A program made the position numbers and the translations under genes. Source: Octopus bimaculoides (lineage: Eukaryota). Taken from it: a stretch of 64,000 nucleotides of DNA. Below, piece after piece: positions 50,584 to 63,789 of the stretch. The notes beneath the pieces are model-generated. The model did no database searches. It was not told the origin of the DNA and saw nothing but the letters and a program-made list of their open reading frames with translations. The stretch's first letter is position 1. Each line of letters starts with the position of its first letter. The DNA lies in the NCBI RefSeq assembly GCF_001194135.2, contig NC_068990.1, forward strand, positions 17,748,959 to 17,812,958, given 5' to 3'.

Positions 50584-51738
50584 GTTGGTAAAATCATCAA
50601 AAATAAAAAATAATCCTAATTTCAGCCACTATTTCACAAAGTCTCTATCTACTCTCTCTTCACCTTTCCTCATTGTAAACTAGTTCATATTTTCCTCACT
50701 CTTTCTCTGCCTCTCTTTCTATGTGTATCTCTGTACATATCTTTTCTGCAAATCTTCATCTGCAAGCATATCTACATCTTTTCTGCATATCTTCATCTCT
50801 TAGCATGGCATAAAGATTTCACTTTCTTCTTAGTGTTTCAATATTGTGCATCGACCCTTCAAAATCTCAATGTAAACTAAGCTATATATATTATACACAT
50901 TGCTATAGTTATATACACAGTTTTTTAAACCATTTTTATAATGGCCCAACAATTTAGTTTGTGCACAACCTCATCTTTCTTAGTTTGTCAATATTATTTC
51001 GTGTGGTGTGTGTGTGTGTGTGATGCTAGCATGTTCTTGCACCAGCTTATCAATAATTATCTGTTTCTCTAAGGACAACATAAATAGTCAAAACCAAGTT
51101 CCAAACCAACATACTTTGCACTTTTTAATCTCATTCCACTCTGTCTCTATTGTGTTCAAATGTTCAACAAATTTGCCTTTCATCCATTGGATGGGAGAGA
51201 AGTGGTGATAGTGGGTTTGGTGGGTGGGGTGTCATAGAAATAAGTCCATCCATCCATTCATTCATAGCTGTCACTCATGAATGTGTATGAGTTGGTTGCA
51301 TGTATATTGCTTTCATCGATTGTTTTAGGTTCCTGTGTAGTCATAAGCAGACATAGACACCCTCTTAGCTCCTCCTACCCCTGATCCAGTGGAATATTGA
51401 GGATGTGGAACCTGAAAGGAGAGAGGGCTACACCAACGTCCAGCATGTTACATTTCATGCTGCCCCATGGGCAGCATGATATGTGACTTTACTCAAGGAC
51501 ACAGCATAGTTTCCAATTCAACCCATGAGTTGGTGGCTGTGAGCTCAAAACCTTGATCTGCAGACCATATGTGAAATAAGTATCATGACTTTCTCAAAAT
51601 AGTCACCAGAAAGAGACAACCAAAAGAAACTTCAAGCCCTCACTGACCTGTGACACAACAAAACTCCTGTAAGGACACCATCTGATCGTTCATGGGAAAT
51701 AACATCAAACTGACCATATTTGACCCATGGTCACTAAT

Positions 51739-52061
51739 NNNNNNNNNNNNNNNNNNNNNNNNNNNNNNNNNNNNNNNNNNNNNNNNNNNNNNNNNNNNNN
51801 NNNNNNNNNNNNNNNNNNNNNNNNNNNNNNNNNNNNNNNNNNNNNNNNNNNNNNNNNNNNNNNNNNNNNNNNNNNNNNNNNNNNNNNNNNNNNNNNNNNN
51901 NNNNNNNNNNNNNNNNNNNNNNNNNNNNNNNNNNNNNNNNNNNNNNNNNNNNNNNNNNNNNNNNNNNNNNNNNNNNNNNNNNNNNNNNNNNNNNNNNNNN
52001 NNNNNNNNNNNNNNNNNNNNNNNNNNNNNNNNNNNNNNNNNNNNNNNNNNNNNNNNNNNNN
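51739..52061. other. Assembly gap (323 N) inside a GOLGA1 intron
   Basis: Run of N. Confidence 1.
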
Positions 52062-53055
52062 GTTAAAATATGTTGACCTTAATTTGTATTTTTTTTTTTT
52101 TAATAACCATTATTTATTTGTTGCAAGTGTTACGATCAACTGTTTAATTTTTTTTCTGCTTGGGAATTAGAGGCATTCATTCATCAGAGGAAGATCAATC
52201 TCCCTTCCAGTAGAAGGGAGGACATATTAATGACTTCTTATCCTTTGAAGTAATACTTTTTTTATTGAGGGTGGGTATTAACAAAAAAAAACAACAAAAA
52301 AAAAAATTCATTTCCATTCTACAGCATTCATCACCTCCTTGTTTCATTTCTACTCTTCATGTTAATCTGATTTCAAATTAGAAATGTACTGTTACAGTTG
52401 TTGTGACAAAAGACAAATATGCAGCTCTCATTATCAGTGCCTACATCATTCTCTGTCTGCTTTTCCCATACTGGTGAAGTTGGACAGGTTTTTCGCAGCA
52501 GTGTTTTATGGCCAAATACCATTCTGATCACAAACCCTTTTAGCTGCTTCTTTTGACATGCTGGAGATTTATTGAAAGTGACTTTAAGAGCAACACATTA
52601 TTTTGGAATATTTTCTTCCATAATAGAATTATAGTTGGACCAATATTGTTTAGACACTTCCATTTTTACCTGGTGTTTATGAATGCTAATAAAAATATTG
52701 TGCAACTGTCCGTTATTTAAATTCAACTATGTGTGTGTTTATAGAGTAATCATAAATGAATTAACATATTTTGTTTTCAATATCATTCTCTTTCTAATAA
52801 ACATTTTGCTATTACTACATTGTGAATTAATTAAATAACCAGGTTGAGATTTTGAGAAGTTCGTTACTCTGAACTGTATTTTGCCATTGGTTTTTCTATT
52901 ACTAGTTTATTTAGGAAATTACTGGGTTTAAGCACATCTGTTCTATTTAGAGTTATTTTGTGAAAATAGATAAGTAAATAAAGAAAGGAAATAATGGTAA
53001 AACATTTAGTTTTTCAAAAATTGTTTAAACATTTCTTTAAAATCATTTATTGCAG

Positions 53056-53120
53056 GTTTAAAGCAAGATCTTCAGAGATTAGAAGAAGAAAACAAGAAAA
53101 CAATATCTGAAAGTATTCAG
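53056..53120 (+). CDS. GOLGA1: GOLGA1 coding exon
   Basis: ttgcag|GT ... CAG|gtaaca; LKQDLQRLEEENKKTISESIQ. Phase 1 to 0. Confidence 0.85.
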
Positions 53121-53866
53121 GTAACAGAATATGAAGAATCTTGTTTGTACCATCTGGTTTAAATGCAAAACCTTATTGTTTTGCATCTGGTTTTTATAGA
53201 GAGAAAATGTCCATCTCTACAATCAACCTTTTCTATATTGTTTATTGTAATAAGTTACAATTTTGCTGTAGACCCCCCCCCCCCCAAATCCTTGAAAACA
53301 ATGTGAAGTCACAAAGGTCTTTTGTAAGTCAGTTTCATGGTCATGGAGCAGAAGAGAGGTAAATTTTTCTTTGGATAGGACACAAATCTCTTAAAAAGCT
53401 CCACATCTTATCTGGTAATTATTCCAGACAACATCGTGATCAAAAGCAGTTTAGAATAATGTTTTTAAATCTAGGTTACTTCTGTTATGCGAAACAGTTT
53501 ACTTAGAAATCTACCCTGAATTAAATTTTTATCTGCGTTGCTAATAAAAGCTCCATGTCCACATTACTGAGTCTATATTGTGCTAATCTACTTTTTATTG
53601 TTGTTGAGGAGTGGTTTAAAGCTGAGAACAATCTTAAGGCTTGGAAGAGACTGTTTAGCCACATACGGTCAATCTCTAGACCCTGCAGTCTAGATATGCC
53701 AGGCTAGTCTGGTATGATTCCTTACATTGTTGTTGTTTAGCCTCAGGCAAATCCTGAATAAGCAAATCAAAGTCATTCCAACTGTGACCATCCCATCATT
53801 TTTTTCTTGACACTCATGTCAAGTTTGTGTTCAAAACTGAAAATATTTTTTGTTCTCCTTGAACAG

Positions 53867-53995
53867 GAAAAAGCTGAATTACGAAGTCAGTTGGAAGAAG
53901 TTGAAAAACTGAAGGAAAAATTTTATAAACAAGAAGAAGAAAATGATGAATTCCAGGGTTTAGCAACACAAGAATTGGCTAAAATAAAACATTTG
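53867..53995 (+). CDS. GOLGA1: GOLGA1 coding exon
   Basis: gaacag|GAA ... TTG|gtaagg; EKAELRSQLEEVEKLKEKFYKQEEENDEFQGLATQELAKIKHL aligns with the recalled golgin-97 ...DEMDELEGFQQQELSKIKHM. Confidence 0.9.
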
Positions 53996-55358
53996 GTAAG
54001 GTTGTTATGCTCTCCTACCCTCATTCTCTATATCTAACTATCAAAAAGTTAGATTCCATTGTCATGTTTTCATTATTTATTTGCGTTCTTGATTTTCCAC
54101 TCCACATACACTTTTACCTCAGAAACCACTGAATCTGGGATGGTCAGTTGTTTTTATCAATGATGTAGGATAGCCTTGGCCCTTTACACACCCACCCTGT
54201 CACTTTACCATTTTTCCCTCCCTTTTTTCAGTAACCCCTGACACTAATACCTTCCCTTTCTCCATGCTATACACTTTCCCCACTACCACCCTATCACAAT
54301 TATAAATCCATTACTCTGCCTTGAATAATTGCACTCACTCTCTTCTATTCCCCTTCAGTTATAGGGGTCACTTTACATCCTTTTAATCTTGCAAGGTGAT
54401 CTCACTAGGAATGGTACCATGAAAATAAACATCCAGTACACTCTGTGATGTGATTGGCATTAAGAAAAGCATCCAGCCGTAGAAACCATGCCAAGCAAAA
54501 CATTGGTGCATAACACAGTCCTATGACTTATCAAATTCTGTTGAACTGTCCAACACATGCTAACATGGAAGACAGATGTTAAATGATAATTACTAAGTAA
54601 ATGAAAATGTTATTTTGATTTTTGAAATTTTCTAGTTTAAGCAAGTTACTTGTTAGATATAAGGGACCTAGCTCTGATCAAAAGGTCATGTTGGGTAAGC
54701 TATGGGTTATAAAAATAGGCGATCATTTACTTAAAATATAAAATATACCATGGTAACACAGCATCATAGTACTGGCTGTGGTTGAAACCCTCCACTCCAT
54801 CCTCCTCCATCTCAGGTTGGCCCTTATGGTCAAAGGTGTTCCAGCTGTGACCAGCTTTCTCTTTAGGGATGTCTTGGGTTACGATATCTAATCTTTCACT
54901 CTCCTGCATTCCCACCACCACTCTCAAGCAGTAGAATATGATTTGAAGGATATTTGACTGTTATCTCTAGTAGGCTGACCTATTACATTGAAGCTTCCAT
55001 GTTGGTGCATAGCAATACATTTCTGTCAGGTATTTTTGGCTGAAACAGTCAACAGAGGGAAGTATAAAATAATGACCATATATAGGTGCAAGCATGGCTG
55101 TATGGTTTAAGTAGTTTGCTTCCTAAGTATGGGGTTTAGGGTTCAGTCCCACTCTGTGACACCTTGGAGAAATTTTATTTTTTTCTTATAGATACTTGCC
55201 CAGGTTACTGTGGAGTGGGACTGAACCTGAACCCATGCAGCTGTAGAGCTAACTGCTTAACCACACAGCCAAGCCTGTCCCTAAAGTTACTTAATGAAAT
55301 TTGCTCCAAGGTGTTTCAGTTTTTAATCACCTCAATTTATTCTCCTTTTCTATCTTAG

Positions 55359-55507
55359 CTTCTGATTGCTGAAAATGAATTATCAAAAACTCAAGCTGAT
55401 TTGGAAGAGAAATCCCAAAAGCTCGATGAATCTGAAAAACAAACTAATGAACTGGAAAGCCAAATTGCCTATTTACTTGAGCAAGTTGATAGTCTAACAG
55501 TTGAAAG
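55359..55507 (+). CDS. GOLGA1: GOLGA1 coding exon
   Basis: tcttag|CTT ... AG|gtttgt; LLIAENELSKTQADLEEKSQKLDESEKQTNELESQIAYLLEQVDSLTVE, coiled coil. Phase 0 to 2. Confidence 0.88.
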
Positions 55508-57436
55508 GTTTGTAATGTTATTGTCAATTCTCTGGCATCTGATTGATTTTTATTCAAAACATAAACCAAAAAATATTAATTAGGGGAGCAGGGTTATTAT
55601 TTAAGTGCCGCTGTAGCCATGATAAGATGTTTGTTTCACAACCACCTGGTTCTGGGTTCATCGACCACATGGTACTTAAGAATTGAGTTTCCTACTGTAG
55701 CCTTTTGTGTGAAATTTGGTAGATTGTAACTGTATGGAAGTTATCATCCTCATCCATAGTACAGTCTCGACAAATTTGTGGCCTTGCTGGAGCCCATGTC
55801 AGACAAAATGCTTTGTGACATTTTTTCCAATTCTTTGTATTCTAATTTTAAACCCAACTAAAGTTGACTTTGCCTTTCATCCTTTTGGGTATAATGAAAT
55901 AAGCACCAGGGTTGAGGTAATTAACTAACCCCAACCCCTAAAATTGCTGGCCTTCTGCAAAACTTAAAACGAAAGGTAGTGACCTAGCAGAAATGTTAAC
56001 ACATTGGACAAAATGCTTTGTAGCATTTCTTGTGGCTCTTTTACATTGAGTTCAAATTCTGCTTATGTTGACTTTGCTTCTCATCCTTTCTGGGTTGATT
56101 AAATAACTACCAGTTGATTGACTGAATTCTTCTTAAAATTTCTGGACTTATTAAATTTGAAACTGTCATTCTTATTATTTAAGGTGGTGAGGTGGCAAAA
56201 TTGCTAGAGCATAAAAAAAATGTACATTCTGAGTTCAAATCCCATCAAGGTCAACTTATGGCCAATAAAATGAAGTACCAGTGAAGTACATAGTTATTTC
56301 ATGTCCACTTTCTATGCTGGTATGGATTGTCATGACCTTAGCCAATTCTTATTGAAAAGCACTACTTTCTGCTCTCCACCACCCCAGATGATTTGGCGGA
56401 ACATATCTTGCCTGTATGTTTCATATTTAGGTTTGTTTGTGTTTAGGTGCTCTTCCCAACATCACTCACTTTATACAGTATAGACATGGCTGTGTGGTTA
56501 AGAAGCTTGCTTCCCAACCATTTGATTTCAGGTTCAGTCCTACTATGTCACACTTTGGCCAAGTGTCTTCTACTATAGCCTTGGGCCAGCCAAAGTCTTG
56601 TAAGTGGATTTGTTAGACAAAAACTTAAAATAGCTAGTTGTATATGAGTGTGATTGTGTGTACACTCTTGGCATCATGTGATGATTGTAAATGAGCATCA
56701 TTGTACAGGCAGTGTTGTTTGTTTCCTATCTTCTGTGAAAAGTCTGCCTGGCCACAGGTGAGGATTGGTAAAAGGAGGAACATCTTGTCGTAGAAAATCT
56801 ATATCAACCAATTACAGCTGACCCATGTACATATGGGAAGAGCATCTAGCTTCAGAAACAAACCCTAATATGAAACAAGCCCCCACAGCTGCCTGACTAA
56901 TTTACTGGTACCTTACAAAGTACAGTGTTAATAAACCTGTTTCATTTATACTAATGTACAGGTATCTGTATTTCATTTAATTATTTAAGTAAATTTAATA
57001 TTTAATTTAGATTCTGCAGGCCTAGGTGACTACTCTTGGTTCAGAAAAATCAGTAATCTGGAATGGCTTTGGAATCAAATGTTCCAGGAAATCAATGTTA
57101 TACTTCTGTGTGTGTGTGTTTGTTTTTTGACATGCCAAATTGCATTTACTTTGTCAAAAACATAACTTAGTGTTCCTTTTACTTCTTGTGACTTACTTTT
57201 TTTTTATGTCTAGAATCATCTTCATCTCTACTTATCTTCCATATCTTCTCATACATATACTTTTTGCCAACATATATTTGTGTGTGTGTGCGTGCATACA
57301 TTTATTCGTTTATTTAAATGATTTGTTACATGTAGAACCAAAATGTGTGTGTGTATAAATGTATGACTGTATAAAAATATTTAGTGTTTATCCATGAAAA
57401 TGTCTTGAAACAATCTGTTCTTTCTTCACTAATTAG

Positions 57437-57548
57437 CAATTTATTAAAAGAAGAATGTAAAGCAAGAGCACAAGCTGTTGAGACACTTACAATTGACAAG
57501 TCAGCCTTTGAAAAACGAGTCATTGAATTGACATATGCAGTGAAACAG
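57437..57548 (+). CDS. GOLGA1: GOLGA1 coding exon
   Basis: aattag|C ... CAG|gtatgt; (S)NLLKEECKARAQAVETLTIDKSAFEKRVIELTYAVKQ. Phase 2 to 0. Confidence 0.87.
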
Positions 57549-58701
57549 GTATGTTCCATTTGCAAATCATTTCCATCCCTCTCAGTCTCTATGGCTTCCA
57601 ATATTCATCAGCTTTTCATCAGAATTATTTAACATTCATGTTCTCCACACTAGCATTGGTTGATCAGCCCAACAGGGCCCACTGGGTCTGAGGACTCTGT
57701 TATGTTCCAATGTTTGCTTTGGCATGGTTTCTACAACTACTGCCCACCCCTTTACAGAGTGCACTGAATGCCCTTTTCTTTTTGTAGCCCCAGCACTGAT
57801 GAAATTGCTATATAGCTCACAAAACTGAGATTCTCTTTGATTGAGTGGGAGTGCAATAGAGAGGGAGGTGGTTTTTATGCTGGGAGATGTGTGGTTAAAG
57901 TATGAAAGGAGGAGGAGGCCAGAACAGGATTCTTGCTGTAGAGCAGCCACATGGTTACTTGCATTACACTGTAATGGGTGGGAGCAATCAGGGTGGAACT
58001 GGAAAGAGAGATAAAGATGGTGGTGATGGGGTCTAAGGGTGGACCCTCAAGATACAGGATGAATGGGAGTGGAAACAGAAGCAGCATAAGAAGGGTGGGT
58101 AGACAGAGGTTGCAAGAATTTATTTATTCTTAATGCCAGCACTGGACTGTTGATTTATTTAACTTCACAAATACTCCTGTTCAAAAGTATTCAACCATCA
58201 TTTTGTCTGTTTATTTAGGAGTATATTTGCCTAATGTGTCCTTCCTTTTTTTAATTTTATATTTTTGTTAAAGATAATAGGATGTAAGTTGAGGGAGGGA
58301 TTTTGCTGCTCATTTTAACAGGTTCAGCTGCATAGACTTCCTACTTGGTTCGAACATTGGAAGGTTCTATATTGTGCTGTGTTGCATATATTATATGCTG
58401 GAATCTTTCCATGATTTTCTTAGCATTGGCTTTTGGGATGAAGTAGGTGAATGGTGTTGGAAGTAACCTTTGCAGTGTCCTCCCTCTCAAACTAGTGGGA
58501 CTGATGTGATTGATGTCCCTTTTCGAATGTCTGAAGGGAAAATGTGGGTTGGGAGGAATTTCCACTGCATTTTTTTGTTGGGAAGGGAAGAATAAGTAAA
58601 ATGTTTAGACATCCATTAGGGCTTTGTTTTCGGTCCCTTACTGCTCGTAATCGGTTGTAACAAAATACAAGACCAGTTGTCAGTATGTACTCCTATATAT
58701 T

Positions 58702-58951
58702 ATTATTTAAAAAAAAAATTTTTTTTTTTTTGCCCACAAGGGGCTAAACATAAGGGGGACAAACAAAGACAGACAAAGGGATTAAGTCGATTACATCGAC
58801 CCCAGTGCGTAACTGGTACTTAATTTATCTACTCCGAAAGGATGAAAGGCAAAGTCGACCTCGGCGGAATTTGAACTCAGAACGTAAAGACAAACAAAAT
58901 ACCGCTAAGCATTTCACCTGGCCTGCTAACGTTTCTGCCAGCTCTCTGCCT
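58702..58951 (-). mobile_element. Young family B SINE flanked by a 20-bp direct repeat
   Basis: CpG-intact copy; AGTATGTACTCCTATATATT at 58682-58701 and 58984-59003. Other minus copies lie near 43501-43711, 60590-60715 and 61030-61200. Confidence 0.85.
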
Positions 58952-59353
58952 TTGTATGTCCTCCTATATATGTATGTACTCCTAGTATGTACTCCTATAT
59001 ATTGATGACCAAATTCTCATAGCTGAATCTGTTGAAAATTTCAAAAAGAGAGTCCAAATGAATGTTAATATGCATGAACAATGGAGTAGAAATGAGCTCA
59101 GTGAAGAAATTAGATATGTGAGGTGGTGTACTATCAGCAAGTTCAGAGAGATATAATAATTGTAGTTACAGTGAAGAGACGGAGGATGCAGGTTAGGTGC
59201 ACAAATGGTTGAGTAACCCAGGTTTGGTTTATCAGAACCATACATACATAATGCATGCATGTGTGTCTATACACATGCATTCACATATCCCTAACAATTT
59301 TATTGTTCACAAATGTATGCAATAAAAGATTTTAAAAAATATCCTTATTTCAG

Positions 59354-59449
59354 AAATCTCAACATGTATCAAGCTTAGAATCTTCAACTGCCGAACTAGA
59401 AAACAATCATGTGACTTTACAAAGAAATTATGATTTATGTAAGACAAAA
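59354..59449 (+). CDS. GOLGA1: GOLGA1 coding exon
   Basis: tttcag|AAA ... AAA|gtaagt; KSQHVSSLESSTAELENNHVTLQRNYDLCKTK. 96 bp, phase 0 to 0. Confidence 0.85.
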
Positions 59450-60255
59450 GTAAGTTTACTGTTGAAACATTTAAACAAGTCTTATAAATTTTGATATTTC
59501 AATATAGTTTGATGAACTTCTCTTTTTTAGATGTCATTTTATATTGCTAATCACTCAACTGTGAAGTAGGGGTGGAACCTGTTGTCAGCCATATGAAAAG
59601 ATGTTTTATCCATGAAACAATGACTGCAGTAACATTTAAACTTGTAATTTTAACCATGTGCTCAGTAATCCAGCTTCTTAGACTCTCTTTGGTCCAGGGC
59701 TAGATTAGAATACACTTGCCCAAGGTGGTACACAGTGGGCCTGAACTAGAAACCATGTGGTTGGGAAGCAAACTTCTTTACACAGCCATGCCTGTGACTA
59801 TATAAAGGAAAATGTAGTCCTAGATAATATATCCATCTCTTCCCTAAATAAAAAATGGAATGGTCTAGGTTGGATAGTCCTTGGTTATAAGTTTGCTCTT
59901 TCCAAGCTGAGTTGGGGGTGGGGAACTAAACAATGTCATTGTTATTTATATAACCTCAGGTTAAACAACAGATTTGAACAGACCCGTGATCAAAAGCACT
60001 CCAATCATAACCAGCCTATCCTTCAGTTAAGAATAATGTCTTGAAATACATCAGCCAGTGTGTCTGCAACTTTTCTTACAAGATGATAGGATGTAATTTA
60101 AGGGATCCTTGACTACTGATTCTAGCATTGCTTTACAACACTATAAAAACTGTCATGGTAGCTCTCAAGTGACTTAGTAGCTATGGTTCCCTTTTTATGG
60201 ATGTTTCTTTGTAAATGTTGAAGAATGACAGAACCATTCAATATGTTCATTTCAG

Positions 60256-60384
60256 ATGACCAAAACTATTGAAGAAAAGAATGACCTAATTGTCCATTTA
60301 GAAGAACGGGTTAGCACACTTGAACAACGTTTGAATGATCATGGTCTGTCAGAAAATGATCAAATTAAGGCTTTACAATCAGAG
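60256..60384 (+). CDS. GOLGA1: GOLGA1 coding exon
   Basis: tttcag|ATG ... GAG|gtaagt; MTKTIEEKNDLIVHLEERVSTLEQRLNDHGLSENDQIKALQSE aligns with the recalled [37 protein letters not shown]. Confidence 0.9.
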
Positions 60385-61241
60385 GTAAGTTTAATTTTAT
60401 GTTTTGGCAAGAAACTATTGATCAATGATCCATCTAAGCCATGCTGCAGGTTTGCATACACATCTCATGGGACTCTTAGAAGAAAGGAATCGGCATACAA
60501 AAAAAAAAAGAAAAAAAAATATAGTGGCTAAGTTGGTTATAGGACTTTGTTCCTGTTATTGTTGTTATTATAATTAATAATAATGGCTTAAAATTTTGGC
60601 ACAAGGCCACCAAGTCTGGGGAAGCGAGTAAGTCAATTACACCCCCCCCCCGTGTTCAACTGGTACTTATTTTATTGACACTGAAAGGATGAAAGGCAAA
60701 GTCAACAGGATTTAATCTTTTTTGTTACCATATTTCTGTTGTGATACACAATTTTTGTTTGTAATTAATTTTGAAAATAATAAAGAATTTAGTAAAATAA
60801 CTATCATTAAGATGGTGTTTAGGAACATAAATTGTTGTGAGATTTTGATGAAAGGTTTTAATTTAGATCACTTAAAAATCGTTTGTATCATAGAACCACT
60901 GGGCAGTCTTGAGTAGACTGGTATCAGAAAGGTTATACTCAGAACAAAAAGAGTTGGGAGAAATGATGCAAAGCACTTCCCTCGTTACTCTTATGCTTCT
61001 GCCAATCCACTGCTGTTTAATTAGGCAACACAAGGCTGAGTGTGGTGTGATTTAATTGAATTGACTCCAGCCTTAGCTGACACTTTATAAAGCCCGAGAA
61101 TGATGAAAGACGAAGTTGTTCTTGGCAGGGTTTGAACTTAAAAATTAAACTATAAATACCACAAAATATTTTGTCTGATGCTTTAATGATTCTGCTAATT
61201 CACCTGTCTAATGATAAATTGTTTGTATTTTCTTTTTCTAG

Positions 61242-61337
61242 AGGGATAGCCTTGAGAAAAAGTTGTCTGAGTCACGGCAACAGTTGCAGGAAGTAAAGTT
61301 TACTTGGAGTGACAAGATAACCCACCTTGAAGGGCAG
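61242..61337 (+). CDS. GOLGA1: GOLGA1 coding exon
   Basis: ttctag|AGG ... CAG|gtaaga; RDSLEKKLSESRQQLQEVKFTWSDKITHLEGQ. Phase 0 to 0. Confidence 0.88.
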
Positions 61338-61948
61338 GTAAGACTGAAATATATAGTGTCGTTTAATGATGTTGTTTAGCCCAAGTCAGCCTTGAACCGA
61401 GCAAATCATAAATGATCCAGATCTTTAGATTACAGCTATGTTGGCAAAACAAAAAAATATCTGAATCAGAAAACTTATTTACCTCCAGGCAGACCTGAAT
61501 AAGCAGAACTATGATCAAAAGCATTTCTCATCCCATCTTTTTTCAGATGTTACATATTTATAACTACATTGTCTAATGTCTTTCTTCACACTTTCTGATG
61601 GTCGGGTGTAATGTGAGAGAGATTTGACTTCTGTTTCTAGTTGCCTCAGAATCTATGTTGAGCAGTACTCGAAAAGTCTTGACTCTGATTGTAACCCCTT
61701 CAAAAGTGATCATGATCCCAAAATTGTATATAGGCTGCTAGGTTATTCCTTTTGCTGAATGAAAAACTACCTCTTGTTGAACCTTGTTTGTTGGTTCAAG
61801 AAAGGGAGCGTGTGGGAAATTCTGATGGATGGCTACTGGTGGTATATTTAACACACAATTAATAGAAATTGAGTTTTGTTGTGGTTTCTTTTTTTTAAAA
61901 AAAAGATCATTTTCGTTCATTCGAAATTGTTTTTTCTTCAATTCTCAG

Positions 61949-62044
61949 ATCTCCCATCTGAATGCGAAGATTATAGAAGACAGTGAAGAATTAAGTGGAA
62001 GTCAACAGGCAGCTAATTTAGAAAAGATAAATCTGCACAAACAG
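61949..62044 (+). CDS. GOLGA1: GOLGA1 coding exon (gene continues beyond window; GRIP domain not seen)
   Basis: ttctcag|ATC ... CAG|gtatat; ISHLNAKIIEDSEELSGSQQAANLEKINLHKQ. Phase 0 to 0. Confidence 0.85.
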
Positions 62045-63789
62045 GTATATCATCACCATCATCATTATCTTCATCATCATCATCATCATTGGTTTTTGTG
62101 ATATACATTTTTTTTTTTGGCTTATTCATGCTGGGTTAGATTTGCTGTATAAAATCTTTATAGTTGTCTTGTAAATGCTGCTTTAAGTTGCATGTGGCTT
62201 TTAGTTGGTTTTATGATTTAGATGTGTATCTCCATTCTAAAATGGAAATACAGCATCCCTGCATGTCCTTAGAGGTAACTAAAAGGGTTGGCAACAGGAA
62301 GCGCATCCAGCTGTAAAAACCTGTCCAATCCATGCCAGCATGGAGAAAAAAAAAAGCAGATGTAAAATGATGATGACAATGATGGTGATGATTATACCTT
62401 CTTGTTGCTAACCATTTTGATGGAGCAACCTGAGTAACACTACCATATTATTAAATGAGAGAGAGAGAGAGAGAGAGAGAGCATGAATGTTTGAGTTTAT
62501 AAAATACTGGGCTGCTGGCCAAGAAGCTAGCAGTGCTGGTTGTTGTTTAGCCTAGATCAGCCCCGACTGAACAGGCCTTGAATTAGAAGCTTGCCAGCAA
62601 TTGTTTCTGGTGTAATATATCTAGGACTACATTATCTAATAACTTCATTTTTTAAAGAGATAAGGTATGATTTGAGGAAAATTTGACTGCTATTCTTAGC
62701 AGATTGAATGACCATGTAGAAGTGTCATTATTGACCCAAAGAGATTGTTGGTTTGTATCATCATGTCACTAATGTGTCTGAGTTAAGGATCTTGCTCTGA
62801 AATGGCTCAGCTTGCCTAGCTTTAAACAGGTATCACAAGGTTGAAACAACTTCATGCTGGAAACAGCAGCAGTGATACTGTACAACTGATGAAATTTACC
62901 AGTATTTCTTCTTGGCTTGTAGTGTAGAGTTCCACTTTCTTTGTGGGTCAAGAGATGATTCTGTTCCTCTACTCAAATATCTTTGTTCACTTTGCTATTG
63001 GAATCAGACTTAGGTTCTCATGAGTTGCTTGTGCTGGCTACAGTATACCAATTCATCGTACATAGGGATCCACACTATTAGGTAGGTATCTCATTTCTCT
63101 CCAATAGATTACACCATTGTTGTAGTTCTTCTTTTAGCATGATCAAGACTTCGTCCACACTATTTTCCTATTTCAACTAACATATACTCTTATGCTTTTT
63201 ACTTAGCCTTTTCATCATACGTTGGTGAGCATAGTGAAAGCTGTTTCATTGATGAGGTCATAAGTGTACAGTTGTCTCCCATGTTGAAAAGAAAGAAAAT
63301 ATTAATCACTAGTTTTTTTTTTTTCCTTGTCAAATTAATCTTAGTTAACGTTTTTTTATATTCCCTGCATTGTATTAACACTAATTCAAATTTTATTATT
63401 TTTAAAATATTTGTTTTAGCTGATTTGAACAAAAGACCAAGTGTACTCCTCATTTTTATAAACAGTATTTAGCTAGAAATACTTTTCTTATTAAATTACC
63501 AATGTTAATGAGACATGTATCTGAGGGGGTTAGGGAAGTATTTTGCTCATTAGAAAGTCTAAAGTTTTGTTGAAATCAATAGAAATTATCTCATCCTGCC
63601 TTGATTTTTCTTTCACTTGGTTACTTGTGGACCATAATAGAAAACCAATGCTCTTTGATCTTGGCAGTTCACTCTCTTCAGATTAATCAAATGAAGTATG
63701 TAAGAATTGGTTTAACTTATATTGGGATCTTCTGATTTGGCAGATGTATTGTCAGAGGTATTTTATCTGTGACCATCCCATCTTGCTTT

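Noticed and set aside
51692-52170. ORFs containing X runs
   Set aside because: Artefacts of translating across the N gap.
62045-62101. Poly-His extension of the GOLGA1 exon in the ORF track
   Set aside because: Read-through into an intronic (CAT)n microsatellite past the donor at 62045.
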